Assembly (NCBI RefSeq): GCF_023055435.1 | Contig: NW_025963924.1 | Span: 6,014,001-6,078,000 of the forward strand | Reading direction: 5' to 3' | From: Haliotis rufescens | Taxonomy: Eukaryota | Length of the DNA: 64,000 nt | Part shown: piece after piece, positions 1 through 12,198 of the stretch | How positions within the stretch are numbered: the stretch's first letter is position 1 | How the letters are laid out: the number at the start of each line of letters is the position of its first letter | Translations under genes and position numbers: made by a program | Notes under the pieces: model-generated | What the model was told of the DNA's origin: nothing | The model's input: only the letters and a program-made list of their open reading frames with translations | The model's database searches: none

Positions 1-85
1 TTAGCGGTTACCATAACAACGATGCAGCGGTAGTGCTACAAATACTTCGTTTATGTAATGCAGTGTTTGTTTGTTTGTAGGTTTG

Positions 86-305
86 TTGGTCTGTTTGTTG
101 CTTAGTGCCACACAGACAAATTCCAGCAATATGACGGCGGTCTGTAAATATTAGAATCTGTACGAGTGAGTGACATCATGAGCATTGGGACATGATGACA
201 TGCATTAACCCCGTCAGAGAGCCTGACCACCCGATCCCGTTAGTCGCCTCTTATGACAAGCATTGGTTGCTGAAGACCAATTCTAACCCGGATCTGCATG
301 GGTCT
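86..305 (-). mobile_element. SINE-like family 'A' (no tRNA head), older copy lacking the internal duplication
   Basis: Reverse complement reads GACCCATGCAGATCCGGGTTAGAATTGGTCTTCAGC...GTCATAAGAGGCGACTAACGGGATCGGGTGGTCAGG. Confidence 0.8.
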
Positions 306-785
306 AATGCATGGTGAAAATTATCCTGCTACCCTCGCCTTTACTCCCGGGTCGTGTGTCAGCTGTGTACAATGTTCAGGGTTGCCAATCGATTCAATAG
401 CTGATAGCCGTTTTCACAGTGCATGGACAAACTGCTTCAGCAGCTGGGATGGGTATTACATGACGTTTGTCAACACCTTCAGATGCCAGTATGCACTTTG
501 ACATTGCGTAGGTTAACGTGTGCTTCTATTTCATGTATTCTACAGCGTGTCAGCTTGATGTGGGAGGAATAAGTGATGCATGCGTAATGGTGCTGGGATT
601 CGAACCGGCGATCATAGTTTTCTCTGCTTAGCGAATTGCATCGATTTGAAAAGTTGTTGTAGACAGAATTTATGTACAAATACACGTTTCTTTCTTGATG
701 TGAAAAATGTCTTACCTTACGTTAGCGAGATCATATCCAAACTGTGCTGGCGCTTAGCGCTCAAATAACACTTCTTCATGTTTTC

Positions 786-942
786 AGGGGAGGTCGGGTC
801 GGGTAGTGGTTAAAGCGTTTGCTCGTCACCCGGGTTCGAATCCCGACAATGTGTGAAGCCCATTCTGATATTATTCTACGCCCTGATATTGCTGGAATAT
901 TGCTAAAAGCGGCGTAAAACATACTCACTCACTCACTCACTC
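786..942 (+). mobile_element. tRNA-derived SINE (family B)
   Basis: A/B-box-like head (TAGTGGTTAAAGCG...GGTTCGAATCC), (ACTC)n tail, target duplication TCATGTTTTCA. Confidence 0.85.
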
Positions 943-1328
943 ATGTTTTCATTTTTTAAAAAACATAACTTGATTTGAACTTTTACAAATAATAAAAAAA
1001 ATTTCGCAACATGCACAACTGCTGATTGGTAACTTAGACATCTGATCTTTAATTTATCTTTAATCTTATCTTCAAGTTTCAAACATGGTAGAGGTTTTAT
1101 ATGCATGCAAATTCATTTCCTACTCCAGTTTTCATTGAACCAATTTATTTTTACACAAAATTACCTCCCACAGATTACTTTTCAGAAATTGTTGCCGGAA
1201 TGAGTTAAATACACAATAATCATATTTAACAACAGTTCTTTCAATTATCATTTACATAAAAAACAAAATCTGAATTCTTCCTTTTGTCCTTCAGTTTACA
1301 TCCCGAGATTAAACTGAATGAAACTAAC

Positions 1329-1390
1329 CTTCACAACGATATCGCTGTTACACAGGTGCTTGTGGTAGATGATGAAATACAGTACAGTGT
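1329..1390 (-). other. Putative 5' non-coding exon of a further paralogue lying left of the window
   Basis: ACAAGCACCTG...GTGAAG|GTTAG resembles the upstream exons of genes A-G (ACAAGCACCTG...GTGAAG|GTAAG). Confidence 0.45.
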
Positions 1391-1739
1391 TTAGTTGAAA
1401 AAGTTGAACAGGACCTGTCACCTTCGTGTTAATGTGAAGTTCCACGCTCCGTGAATATATCGTTCACAGTTTCTATAATTGACAGTCGTTATCAAGGTGT
1501 GTGCCAGACTGCTGTTGCGCGATTGATTTACCATTAAAGTTACGGTTTCAAATAACAACTGGTTAATATCAGTCGTTAAAAAAAAGAAGGATGTCGCGTA
1601 AACAACATCTGGATATGCGTTTGAATAACATACACTGTTTTAGTGATAAGGGATAAAACGCCATAGAAATACAGATATTGCTGTGGAGTTTTACGATCAC
1701 ATGTAAATCTGAATTGAGCTTATCAGGTTGAATGAGGTC

Positions 1740-2115
1740 TTGATGATCCGGGCTAGAATAGGTCTCCAGCAACCCATGCTTGCCGTAAACGGCGACTGTG
1801 CTTGTCGTAAGATGCGACTAACGGGATCGGGTGGTCAGGCTCGCTGACTTGGTTGATGCAGGTCATCGTATCCCAATTGCGTGGATGCTCGTGATGTCAA
1901 TCACTGGATTGCCTGGTCCAGACTCGATTATTTACAGACGGCTGTCATGTAGCTGGAATATTGCTGATTGCGGCGTTAAATAATAAACAAACAAACAAAC
2001 ATGTCAATCACTGGATTGTCTGATCCAGACACGATTATTTACAGACCGCCGTCATATAGCTGGAATATTACTTTGTGCGGCAGTAAACAACAAAAAAACA
2101 AAACAAACAAAAACA
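1740..2115 (+). mobile_element. SINE family A plus a tandem partial 3' copy
   Basis: Consensus body and (AAAC)n tail; 3' ~110 nt repeated. Confidence 0.85.
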
Positions 2116-2469
2116 ACAATACAGATGCTTGTAATTTCATTAACATCAGATCTTATTGCTCGGTACAGCTACACCAAAGACCTCAGAGCATCTCATTTCA
2201 GGTTATAGCAAAATCTTTGATCGACCAGTGAAAAGACCGACAGGAAGTAGACATTAACCAATCAGAAAGCAGCTTTCTCGAGCTTTACGCCGAGATTGCA
2301 TATCAGCTTCATCTGTTTCAGATTTAGATCTATGTATAAAGATTCAGAGTGACAAAACGCTCTCTTCAAGACTGTATATCTTCAACTTTCCAATACTCAA
2401 CTTTCCCTTTATATGGAACAATATTCCCATAGCTCCAGCCCTTAGTGTCTACATTTCACAACTTTTGCC

Positions 2470-2712
2470 GTTGGTTGGTTGGTTGGTTTGTTGGTTGGTT
2501 TTATGTTTAACGCCGCACTCAGCAATATTCCAGCTATATGACAGCGGTCTGTAAATAATCGAGTCTGGACCAGACAATCCTGGGATTAATATCATGAGCA
2601 TCGCTCCACGCAATTGGGATCGATGACATGCATCAACCAAATCAGCGAGCCTGACCACCCGATCCCGTTAGTCGCCTTTTACGACAAGCATAGTCACCTT
2701 TTACGACTTTTG
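2470..2712 (-). mobile_element. SINE family A, 5' truncated
   Basis: Reverse complement of the family A body with (TTGG)n tail. Confidence 0.85.
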
Positions 2713-2714
2713 AC

Positions 2715-3250
2715 GTACAATCGAGCAAGCACTCTCTACCAAGATCTCAAAAAGCGCCATGCGGCTCCTGCTCAGAATCGGGGCGGTCGGGTAGCCTAGT
2801 GGTTAAAGCGTTCGCTCGTCACGCCAAAGACCCGGGTTCGATTCCCGACATGGGTACATTGTGTGAAGCCCATTTCTGGTGTCCCCCGCCGTGATATTGT
2901 TGGAATATTGCTAAAAGCGGCGTAAAACCATATTCACTCACTCACTGCTCAGAATCTGTTTGATCAAGGTTACATCATTCATGACCTCAGTAAAACTTTC
3001 AAAAAATGTATGGTAGACATGTGAAGGGTTTTTCCAATTCTGACGCATCAGTGATAAGAATGATGCAATTCCCTATTTTGACTTGTACCATATGTTCCCG
3101 TGTTTATTCAGGTGAACCATTGTCTTGCCTTTGCATGTGTTTGTGACGGGTGCAACCGGTGGGTCAGGATAGGCTCATCTTTTTGCGAGCACCTGGTATC
3201 ACCACTGTTAATAGTGATTCATAAACACAATCATGCTTATGATTTGGTCT
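2715..3250 (+). mobile_element. Penelope-like element 3' fragment interrupted by a tRNA-SINE (2780-2945, TSD CTGCTCAGAATC)
   Basis: Encodes YNRASTLYQDLKKRH... then ...FDQGY..DLSKTFK..YGRH, homologous to the PLE RT C-terminus at 12700-12880. Confidence 0.65.
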
Positions 3251-3701
3251 GAATCTTACAATCGACTCTGCTTTTGGTAGAGATTTTTTATGAACTTGTA
3301 AAGAGTGTCTCGCTTTTATTCCCACGGCCATGGAAAGCCTCTTTCAAAATTCACATGTTTATCCCATTGCAGCGAGAGATATTCGATGATTTTGACGGAT
3401 TCAGTCCTACAGCTGTTAACTGTTCTGAATGCCTCGTGTTAACCTTTTCGAGGTTGCAGGAAGAGAAACACATTCGGACTTTCATTTTCGCCATCTCTAA
3501 GCGGCGCTCTGATTGGTTGGATGAAAGGCCGTGCTGGCGTGACATGTAATGGATGTCCTCAGATCTTTGTTTAGCGTTAACGAGCACGAATATCTCATTA
3601 TAATGAGCAGGAGCTTGTGTTTGTTGTTTAACGGCGTATTTGATTCGAAAGCAATCGATATGACATTGGTTGAGATTTGAGACAGCTGTGTGACATTCTT
3701 A

Positions 3702-4230
3702 CAGTCACTTTAAAAAAGTAGGGGATATTTGGTAATAACTTAAAATTTCTAAAATTTCTAGTTGTAGTTATATGATAATAATGAACGAATTGGGAACACA
3801 TTACATCCGGTTGAGAAATATGACGACAGATGTTATGACCGCTCTACGATCTTGAAGATTTGAAATTTCGAATTTCACGTTTTTTGGACCAGTAGTGCGT
3901 AATACCGCCAAGTTTTGTCTAACATTTATTCACTCGATCTGCGTATGAGCCTCCCAGTGGAGATTTGAGAGTCCGCCCCACTCCTCTTGCAGCAGCTGGT
4001 CAAGTTCAGCCAACGTGGTCGGCGGCCTGTGACGTTGACGCGGACGTCTGCCTATCATGTCCCATGGTATTCTATGGATGTTGTGATGCTGGAGATGGGT
4101 ATCAACGATTCGTGCACGGAGAGCACGGGCGTTGTCATATTGATAGACAAAAAGCCGACCCACACGCCTTGCACACGGGATAACAAAGAGTTATGTATGT
4201 TCGGATAGTTCTGTCCGGTGACCCTTCTTT
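3702..4230 (-). mobile_element. Tc1/mariner transposon 3' fragment
   Basis: TA|CAGTCAC...AAAAGTAGGGGATATTT terminus; QYDNARALRARIV...LQEEW decayed transposase. Followed by a SINE A copy at 4232-4500 (-). Confidence 0.75.
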
Positions 4231-5249
4231 GATTTGTTTGTTTATTTGTTGTTTTATGCCGCACTCAACAATATTCCAGCTATATGACGGTGGTCTGTAA
4301 ATAATCGAGTCTGGACTAGACAATCCAGTGATTGATATCACGAGCATCGATCGACACAATTGGGATCGATGACATGCATCAACCAAGTCAGCGAGCCTGA
4401 CCACCTGATCCCGTTAGTCGCCTTATACGACAAGCACAGTCGCCTTTTACGGCAGGTATAGGTTGCTGAAGACCTAATCTACCCCGGATCTTCACGGGTC
4501 AATGTCGCAAGAATTAACAAAGATCTCCATTGTGTGAATAAATTGGTTCCAAACATGAAGCTATTATGAAGTATGGGTTTGGTGACAATTGAATGATTGA
4601 CAAGGAGGAGCAGCCATGTAACAGGTTATAGTGGACATGAACCTAAATTACAGGATAAGATACAAATATATAAAACACGGAATATTTTAAGAAAAATGTG
4701 GCTGTGTCCCACTGTGGCAGTATCAGAGAACATATACCAACAAGGCCAAAAGTGAGCAGGGCTCACTAATACCCCGACATCCACTCCAACATATTTCTAA
4801 GTTCAAAACATCGAAGGACAAAATTCCCTTTAGATCAGCCATTCGGGCGTTCGTGAGGCTCACCTTTCAGTACACCCGTGGAAGATGCTACTGATGATGT
4901 AGTTGAATTAACCCAGACCAATTACGTGTAAGGAAAATAGCCCAGTGACTTACTGTCATAATGCCATTGGTAATTACTGGTGAAAGAGAATAATGCATTG
5001 ATGATACTGTTCAGTTGCCTCAGGTCAGATACTGTAATACTGTACTGTGTTTTCACGAAATATTTTGCCACAGGGTATACTTACCCTTGGGGTAACCGAT
5101 AGTGCTCCACCTCATGGCACGGGTCAGTTGCCACGGACGGGGTAGGTTTATTCTTGCAAACGCATTTACATTTGGGGTTTACATTTGCCTGGTAGGGAAA
5201 GTTTACCCCCGGGGGAAAACGGACAAATACATGCATTGTTGACAAACTC

Positions 5250-5255
5250 TTTAAT
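5250..5255 (-). promoter_or_regulatory. Putative polyadenylation signal ATTAAA of gene A (same position in B, C, D, E, G; AGTAAA in F)
   Basis: ATTAAA ~40 nt 3' of the stop codon, followed by a TG-rich tract (TGTATTTGT / TGCATTTGT). Confidence 0.55.
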
Positions 5256-5292
5256 TTCCTTTGCCCATTGTTGTTAAAATTACATATTTGTT

Positions 5293-8200
5293 TTAGGAAC
5301 ATTTGCAGGCACGCAGTTTTGCGTCAAAGATGGTACCGTTGCACACGTCAGTGTAGACCAGTCGCTGATTAACGCATACAACGTAGTGGCCAGACATTGG
5401 TCGATTTGCGTAGGGGTTAAGGCCGTCGGGGCGGTTCCTGCAGCTGGGGCTGTGGATGTAACAGGGAGGCCCACAGTCCTTTCCCCCAAGACACGCGTAC
5501 CGGGCATACTCGCCTGGAAACAGACATATTTCAGATCCGTTAATGTGTCATTTGAAACCCAACCCATAACACCAACATCGTAAACTAGGCGGCAAAAGAA
5601 AGTATAGGTCGAGTTCGAGGATCGATAGAAAAATTAACAAGAAGAGGTTTTGTTGTGAATTCTAATATACTACACACAAAAATTATTGGAACACCGAAAT
5701 ATACTGTTATAAAAAAGGAACATTTAATGACATGTGTTCGTATCATTACAATTGTGCATTAGCAGATTATCAAGCTTCAAAACAAAAACATTTACAGGTA
5801 ACTGTCATTGAAAAGCACACACGAACAATTCGAATAAGAAATTGGGGGTAAAAAATGGAAATCACAATGTCAATAGCGAGTGTGTCCTCCACGTTGATTG
5901 ATGCATTCGGTGCATCTTCGCCTCATGGATCTTGCAAGGGTGCGAAGGGTAGCCTGTGGAATCGCCTGCCATTCCATTTGGAGCCACTGAACCAGGGCCT
6001 GAAAAGCTGGTGCAACTCAAAGATTGTCCCTGACACGTCGTCCCAGAACATCCCAAAGATGCTCAATTGGAGCCAAATCCGGTGACTATGCTGGCCACTG
6101 CATCACAGTCACATTGTTCTGTTGCATGAAGTCTCTAACGACTCTAGCCCTATGTGGTCTGGCATTGTCATTTTGCAGGATTGCTCCTGGACCAATGTTG
6201 TTCAACTGTGGTAGGACAAGAGGGCGCAAAATCTCGTCACGATACCTCACTCCATTCAAATTGTTTTGAACAAGATAGAGAGGTGTTCGGTGATGCAAAC
6301 TGAAGCCTCCCCATACCATCACAGAGCCACCGCAAAACTGTTTCTTTCTCGTACAGTGGCATCCTCATAACGTTCGCCAGGACGTCTCATAACCATTACC
6401 CTTCCATCATTATGCTCAAGACAGAAACGGGACTCGTCATGTGAAGAGAACTCTGGACCATTGTTGATTATCCCATCTCAAATGTGCCCTGGCCCAGGCA
6501 AGTCTTGCAGCTCGGTGATGAGGACGAAGATGAGGAGGTACAGCTGGACGACGTGACCTTAAATGAGCAGCTCTGAGGCGGTTCCTGATGGTCGATACGC
6601 TTACGTTGGTGTGTGTTGCTTGTCGGAGTTGCAGTCTCAAAGCACTGGCTGTTGTGAACCGGTTCCGTAGGCTTGCAGCACAACGTATCGGTCATCTGCC
6701 CTAGATGTTACTCTGGGTCTACCAGAACGCGGTCTGTCCTGCACTCTCCCTGTTGTCTGGAACCGTTCCCTCAGTCTGTGAATGACAGACAGTGACACTT
6801 GAAGATGACAGGCAACATTCCTTATGGATGCATCATCTTGTAGTCACGCTATGGCCCTACTCCTGTCGTGAATGCTTAACGGTCTTCGCTGGGGCATGTT
6901 TAAGGAAATGTGTAACTTCACAGTGTCTGAAGCTTCTTAATAAAGAAAAGTTGCCACCAACTGCATGGGAATTCTGACTTTCACGTGCACTAGGTTGTTG
7001 TGTTTTGGCGTTTGAATCTGACATGGCGAGGGAGTCCTTCTGCACCCAAGCTTTTTCCTGTTTTAACATTTAATCAATTTGACCAAATTCTTTAAAAAAT
7101 TAAGCACTTGCAAAAATGCATGACTCAACACGTCATTTAAAGTGCCCTCAGTGCACACAAAAAGTTGCATTTACTGAAGTTCATAAATGATCAAGCCACG
7201 TTAAGTTTTATACATGGCTATGAAATTTAGGGGTGTTCCCATTTTTTTTGTGTGTAGTATATAATCTAGGGAGGGTTACAAATGATTGATCAACTATACA
7301 GTTTGAATGAAATTGTGCAATCACAGGTAATGTAAGCTCAAGGTAAACAATTGTGGGGTAAGAAATTTCATTTTCAAAAGTTGTCTGAAATGTCACCCAA
7401 AAATTGGCAGACACACTAAAAGTTCATTGTCGACACAGTTGCCTTCAATAGCGTGTATGACGTCCAGCCGCCTCAATGCATGCTGTAATACGCCGCCTCA
7501 TCGATGACGTCAGTCTTCTGATGACGTGGACTGGAATCCGTTGCCACTCGTCTCTCAGGGCCTGCTGCAATTCTTGTCTGTTGACGGGAGGCTGATGGCG
7601 CGCTCTAATCTGTCTGTCAAGATGGTCCCACAGATGTTCAATAGGATTCATATCGGGTGAGGGGGCAGGCCAGGGCAAAACGTCAACGTTCTGCTGGTTT
7701 ACTGCCCAGGTCAAAACGTCAACGTTCTGCTGGTTTAGAAAGTTCGGAGTCAGTCGTGCAGTATGGGGCCTGGCATTGTCATGTTGAAACAATGTCCCCT
7801 GCTGTTGGTTTTGTAACAATGGAAGCACAACTGGCTGCGACACTTGGTCTCTGTAATGCACAGCGTTCGGGTTTCCCTGCATAATCACCAAAACAGTCTT
7901 CCGATCTCCACAATACCGCCCCACACCGAATGGATGGACCTCTCGAAAACACGCCGGAGCCAAACGTTCCCCTCTGCGTCGATAAACTCGTTGTCTGGCG
8001 ACATTTCGAAACACGTTAAACCGACTTTTATCAGTAAACAGCACTCGACGCCAATTTCTCGCTTGCCAGCGTCAAACCTGCCTCGCCCATCGCAGTCTCA
8101 GGCGTCGATGTTGAGCAGTCAGTACCACTCCTCGGAAAGGACGATACGCTCGGATTCCAGCAGCACGAAGTCGTCGTAGTACTGTATTTTGGCTTATCGG

Positions 8201-11200
8201 ATGCCCCAACACTGTTGCTGCCGTCGCCGTTACGAATCTGTTTCGCAGGTGAATCAGCCGTATCTGACCGTCTTCCAGTGGGGGGCGGTCGGGTAGCCTA
8301 GTGGTTAAAGCGTTCGCTCGTCACGCTGAAGACCCGGGTTCGATTCCCGACATGGGTACAATGTGTGAAGCCCATTTCTGGTGTCCCCCGCCGTGATATT
8401 GCTGGAATATTGCTAAAAGCGGCTCAAAACCATACTCACTCATTCACTCTTCCAGTGGTGTTGTCACTCGGGTCGTCCGGTTCTAGGCCTGTCCTGTGTC
8501 CTCCCTGTCTGCCTGTACCGTTGACTCAGCCTGGCTACTGTCAATGGTGTACAACCAAACCTTCTAGCAATTTGGACCTATGTTGCCCCCATTTCGGCCA
8601 TACCGATGGCTCTCTCTCTCTGCTCCTGTGACAGTCGTGGCATTTCCTTTTTGTGCTTTCATCACGTGTGGTTATACCCTGCAGACGAACGCATATACAG
8701 CTAACATGCACGTGCAGTTTATGCCACAGGCGGGAAACCTTTTTAACCATTTTTTTGTCACCGCACGAGCGCTGTCAAAGGTGCCTCGTTCGGGTGAGGC
8801 CTTTTTTTGGTACCTGTTCCTAGGCAGTCATATTCCCAATACCCACTTTCCACTAGTAATCGCTGTTTTTAGGAAAATTACAAATTGCCAACCTTTACTT
8901 TCTTTTGCCGCTTAGTTTATATATGACCCTCTGAATATTCAAAACAGCGTTCCGATCGGTTTAAAATCGCAAACTTAGCGAATCAATCGTATATATAACA
9001 GTCACCTAATTTGATTTGATTTGATTATATCAACCATATATTAGCATGGCAGACATGTCCTTAATAATGATACTGAAATGTACACAAAAAAGTGTTTAAA
9101 TACTATTTGTTCACAGTGTCCATGAAAAAAAAAGATTCTGTTGTAAAAAGCCCATTTAGGCAAGGAAAAGACAAAACGACAGATGCGATTCTTAACGGGT
9201 GGACATTGATCATGACCTGTGGCTTGCTTCGTTGGTTGATATAGCGATCAGTGTATTTGATAGAAACTTGGCAAATCTGTCAGTCACATATTGAAGGGGT
9301 GCCTTTTGATATTTGGGGATTTTTCGAATTTTTATTTTTTTTAAATCTTTATGAAAAGAAGTTGGACAAAGACTCCATTGGGGATGGGGTTCGTTTCCGG
9401 GCAGAATTATTCGAAAACCATTCAGTATATTTGATCGAAACTTGAAAGATATATCAGATATATATGCTGAAGTGGTGCCTTTTGCTATTTTGTAATTTTA
9501 AAAATTTGTATTTTTGCCAAATTTAGGAATGTTTCAAAATTTAATTTTTCCGTGTATCCATGGACACAAGTAAGACTTTGCTGAAATGGAGGTTTCCATG
9601 GCAAGAAGTTTGACTTTGACTACATCTTTAAAAACTAATGGTATTCTTCCTTGAAACTATGCACACATATGACCAGTTTGTCATCAAGTGCCTTTTGCTA
9701 TTTGTTGGAATATAATTTTTTTTCATTTCCCTGGCAACAACTTTGACAAGCATAGTCGCCGTTCACGGCAGTATTTTCAAAATTCCTAAATAGCAAAAGG
9801 CACCAGTTTAGTATATGCCTGGTAGACATACCAAGTTTTGTAAGAGGTATTTAACAGTTTTTGAGTTACGCTCCAGAAATTAACACCACCCTTATAGAAC
9901 TTGTTGCCATGGAAACGTAAAAAATAAAAAAATCTAAACTTCCTAAATAGCAATACTCACCAGTTCAGCATGAGTCTGATTGATATGCAAAGTTTCGTAG
10001 CGAAATATTTAACGGTTTCTGAGTTATGAACCGGAAACTAGTTAGGGACGCACGCACACACGCACGGACGAGACCTAGTGGCGTGTACCATGCTTAATGT
10101 TATTCCCTCGCTTCCATGATCTAAGGGGCATAACTCTCATGCCTCATTACACCAAGCATACCGCTAGAATACACATCGCATTGCGTTATACTCATGTGCT
10201 CACATGTGAACACTACACCTGGGTACTTACACTTCCCCAGGGGCTCTGTTCTACTGCCACACGTGACCATGCTGTAGTGCTCACATCTCTGTGTATCAGG
10301 GTTGTACAGCTCCGGGAAGGGACATTCCTGGCGGTTCTTCTCCCAGGGTCTGCCATGTATAGTCATGGCAGGTGCGCTACAGTTGTAGTACTGGGCACAC
10401 TCAGTGAGGTGGGGAATCAGCGTCTCCGTCGTTGTCTTGCAAATGGGGTTGACGTCGACGTCGCTTTTGGGTGCAATCAAAGCTGACGCTGGAATCAGTG
10501 TGAAGTTACAGGTTTATTACTTGTTTGCGAGTGAGGACTCTTCATCCCTTGTTACTAGTGACGCCAAACACTCTTCACCCACCTCTATCCCCCTCTCTCT
10601 CTCCCTCACCGACCCTTTCTCCACCCTAACCTTTTACCCCTTGGGAACAACGTTCTGAATCTACCCGATCCCCACACTAACCTCTCTTACACTGCACATC
10701 ACATCCACCTATTCTCTCACATCCACCGACCCGTGAAGATTCCGGGGTAGAATAGGTCTTCAGCAACCCATGCTTGCCACAAAGGTGGCTATGCTTGTCG
10801 TAAAAGGCGACTAACAGGATCGGGTGGTCAGGCTCGCTGACTTGGTTGATGCATGTCATTGATCCCAATTGCGTGGATCGATGCTCATGATATTAATCAC
10901 TGGATTGTCTTGTCCAGACTCGATTATTTACAGACCGCCGTCATATAGCTGGAATATTGCTGAGTGCGGCGTTAAACAACAAACCAACCAATCAGTCAAT
11001 CTCACCTCCACCGACCAACTCTCCTCACCAAATCCATCTCTCAACCTACCCTTTCGTATTTCCGCCGGGAAGGGGTAGCCCGGTGATTAAAGCATTCGCT
11101 CTTCACACTGAAGGCCCGGGTTCTAGTCCCCCGCCCTGATATTACTGGAATATTACTGAAGGCGATGTGTAATCACACTCAGTCAGTCACTCACTCACTC

Positions 11201-11358
11201 ACTCACTTACCTACCTCCGCAGACTAACGATCCTCAATATGTCCTTTACCTCCACCCAAGTACAACACAGCATCATTAAAAAGACAAGCCTGCTCACATG
11301 ATTCCAGGGCGATCAGCAACACCATCAGCAAGCACAACACGCGACACTCACACATCAT
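5293..11358 (-). CDS. Gene A: secreted tandem chitin-binding-domain (CBM14/peritrophin-A, Pif/BMSP-like module) protein, 179 aa; join(11358-11298, 10488-10231, 5513-5293)
   Basis: Exon 1 MMCECRVLCLLMVLLIALES (hydrophobic signal-like) ends at T|GTGAGC. Exon 2 starts after TTCCAG and encodes C-x13-C-x5-C-x18-C-x12-C-x7-C, ending T|GTAAGT. Exon 3 starts after TTTCCAG: (C)EYARYACLGGKDCGPPCYIHSPSCRNRPDGLNPYANRPMSGHYVVCVNQRLVYTDVCNGTIFDAKLRACKCS*. 61+258+221 nt is in frame. ATTAAA at 5255-5250. Intron 2 is expanded by nested Tc1 elements. Confidence 0.85.
5668..7259 (-). mobile_element. Second Tc1-like transposon nested inside the first
   Basis: TIRs TACTACACACAAAAA..GGAACACC at both ends with TA duplication. 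Fragmented transposase (VWGGF, LQNDNARPH, WPA) ~5870-6900. Confidence 0.9.
8281..8447 (+). mobile_element. tRNA-derived SINE (family B) inside the Tc1 transposase gene
   Basis: Full-length, TSD TCTTCCAGTGG. Other copies at 17695-17870, 18106-18270, 30524-30700; degenerate at 11070-11205, 23980-24112, 51668-51800. Confidence 0.9.
9140..10075. mobile_element. Non-autonomous Helitron/Helentron-like (HINE-type) element with internal sub-repeats in both orientations
   Basis: Repeated ~170-nt units containing CCATGGCAAC / AAAAGGCACC and a GGAC-type microsatellite; homologous to 22280-22950. Confidence 0.45.
10728..10998 (+). mobile_element. SINE family A, full length, intron 1 of gene A (duplicate 23637-23908)
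   Basis: TSD CTCAC(A/C)TCCACCGAC; empty site in gene F at ~51612. Confidence 0.9.
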
Positions 11359-12117
11359 GGGGCTGTTGATGAGATCCGAACCGTCTACAAGAAAGCTAAT
11401 GCATAAACATGTTGGAGCTGATCAGTAAACGAAATTTCGGGTGTTGTATGTTAAACAGGTTGGTGTAACTTAAAGAGCGATCCGGATATTTTGATATAAG
11501 AAATATTGATATTTTGAATGACATGATAATGACTGTTTGGAAAGTGTTTTAAAAGTACAAGTTTGGATATGACTCCAATCACTTCCTGTTTCCATAATGT
11601 CCAAATGTCCCAGTATGTGAGTCAGCTACTTCAAATTCGGCAGCACCTGTCTATGGTCTTGCTTGTGTAGAGTCCTACAGATAAAGGTCAGCCATATAGA
11701 ATGTGTATTCCTTGTAGACCTGAAGTTAAAACGGTGAAAGCAAACGTATTTATTAAATATAATTATACTGGTATGTTTTATCTAACTAATATTCCACTAA
11801 TAGTTAGATTAAAATAGGTATCTCACGATAACTCCAAACTACAAAAGTACAGCTTTAATACGGCTAAAAGTGACGGAAATGTTTCTTCGGTATTGGCTCG
11901 TCACCTCAAGTTGGCTTTGTTGACTATAAATAGAACACAAACGAGTTTCGTATATATTTAAGGATCCGGATTCAGTGTGTGCCCAGTTATGTTTGTTGGT
12001 ATTATGGGCAGGAAAATAATCAACAGTGTCCCTCTCACTTTTGTGTTCAGTAAAAATAATGAAGAAATAATTTATTATCTTTATGCAGCATTATACTTAA
12101 AATGAATGTAAGCTTAC

Positions 12118-12198
12118 CTTCACAGCGCTAGAACTGTTCACGGGCAGGTGCTTGTTGTAGTTACGCTTCAGGCGTCTTAAGTGCAGCACACGCTGTCC
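12118..12198 (-). other. Putative 5' UTR exon/promoter-proximal block of gene A (homologues: C 25023-25103, E 43277-43364, F 52913-52993; shortened in B ~16899-16940, D ~30008-30050, G ~59551-59592)
   Basis: A strong donor AAG|GTAAG lies upstream of exon 1 in all seven copies. Exon 1 has its own acceptor 5' of the ATG (TTCTTGTAG in A/C/F/G), implying an upstream exon. Confidence 0.55.

Larger units (their letters stand above)
5581..8919 (-). mobile_element. Tc1-like transposon (host element) in intron 2 of gene A, decayed transposase ~7445-8600
   Basis: TIRs TAAACTAGGCGGCAAAAGAAAGTA / TACTTTCTTTTGCCGCTTAGTTTA. FQHDNARPH and WPAPSPDMNPIEHLW motifs. The empty TA site CATCGTATGACCC is seen in gene C at ~20570. 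Confidence 0.9.

Noticed and set aside
2780-2855. tRNA gene-like sequences
   Set aside because: SINE heads: always followed by the same body and tail and flanked by TSDs.
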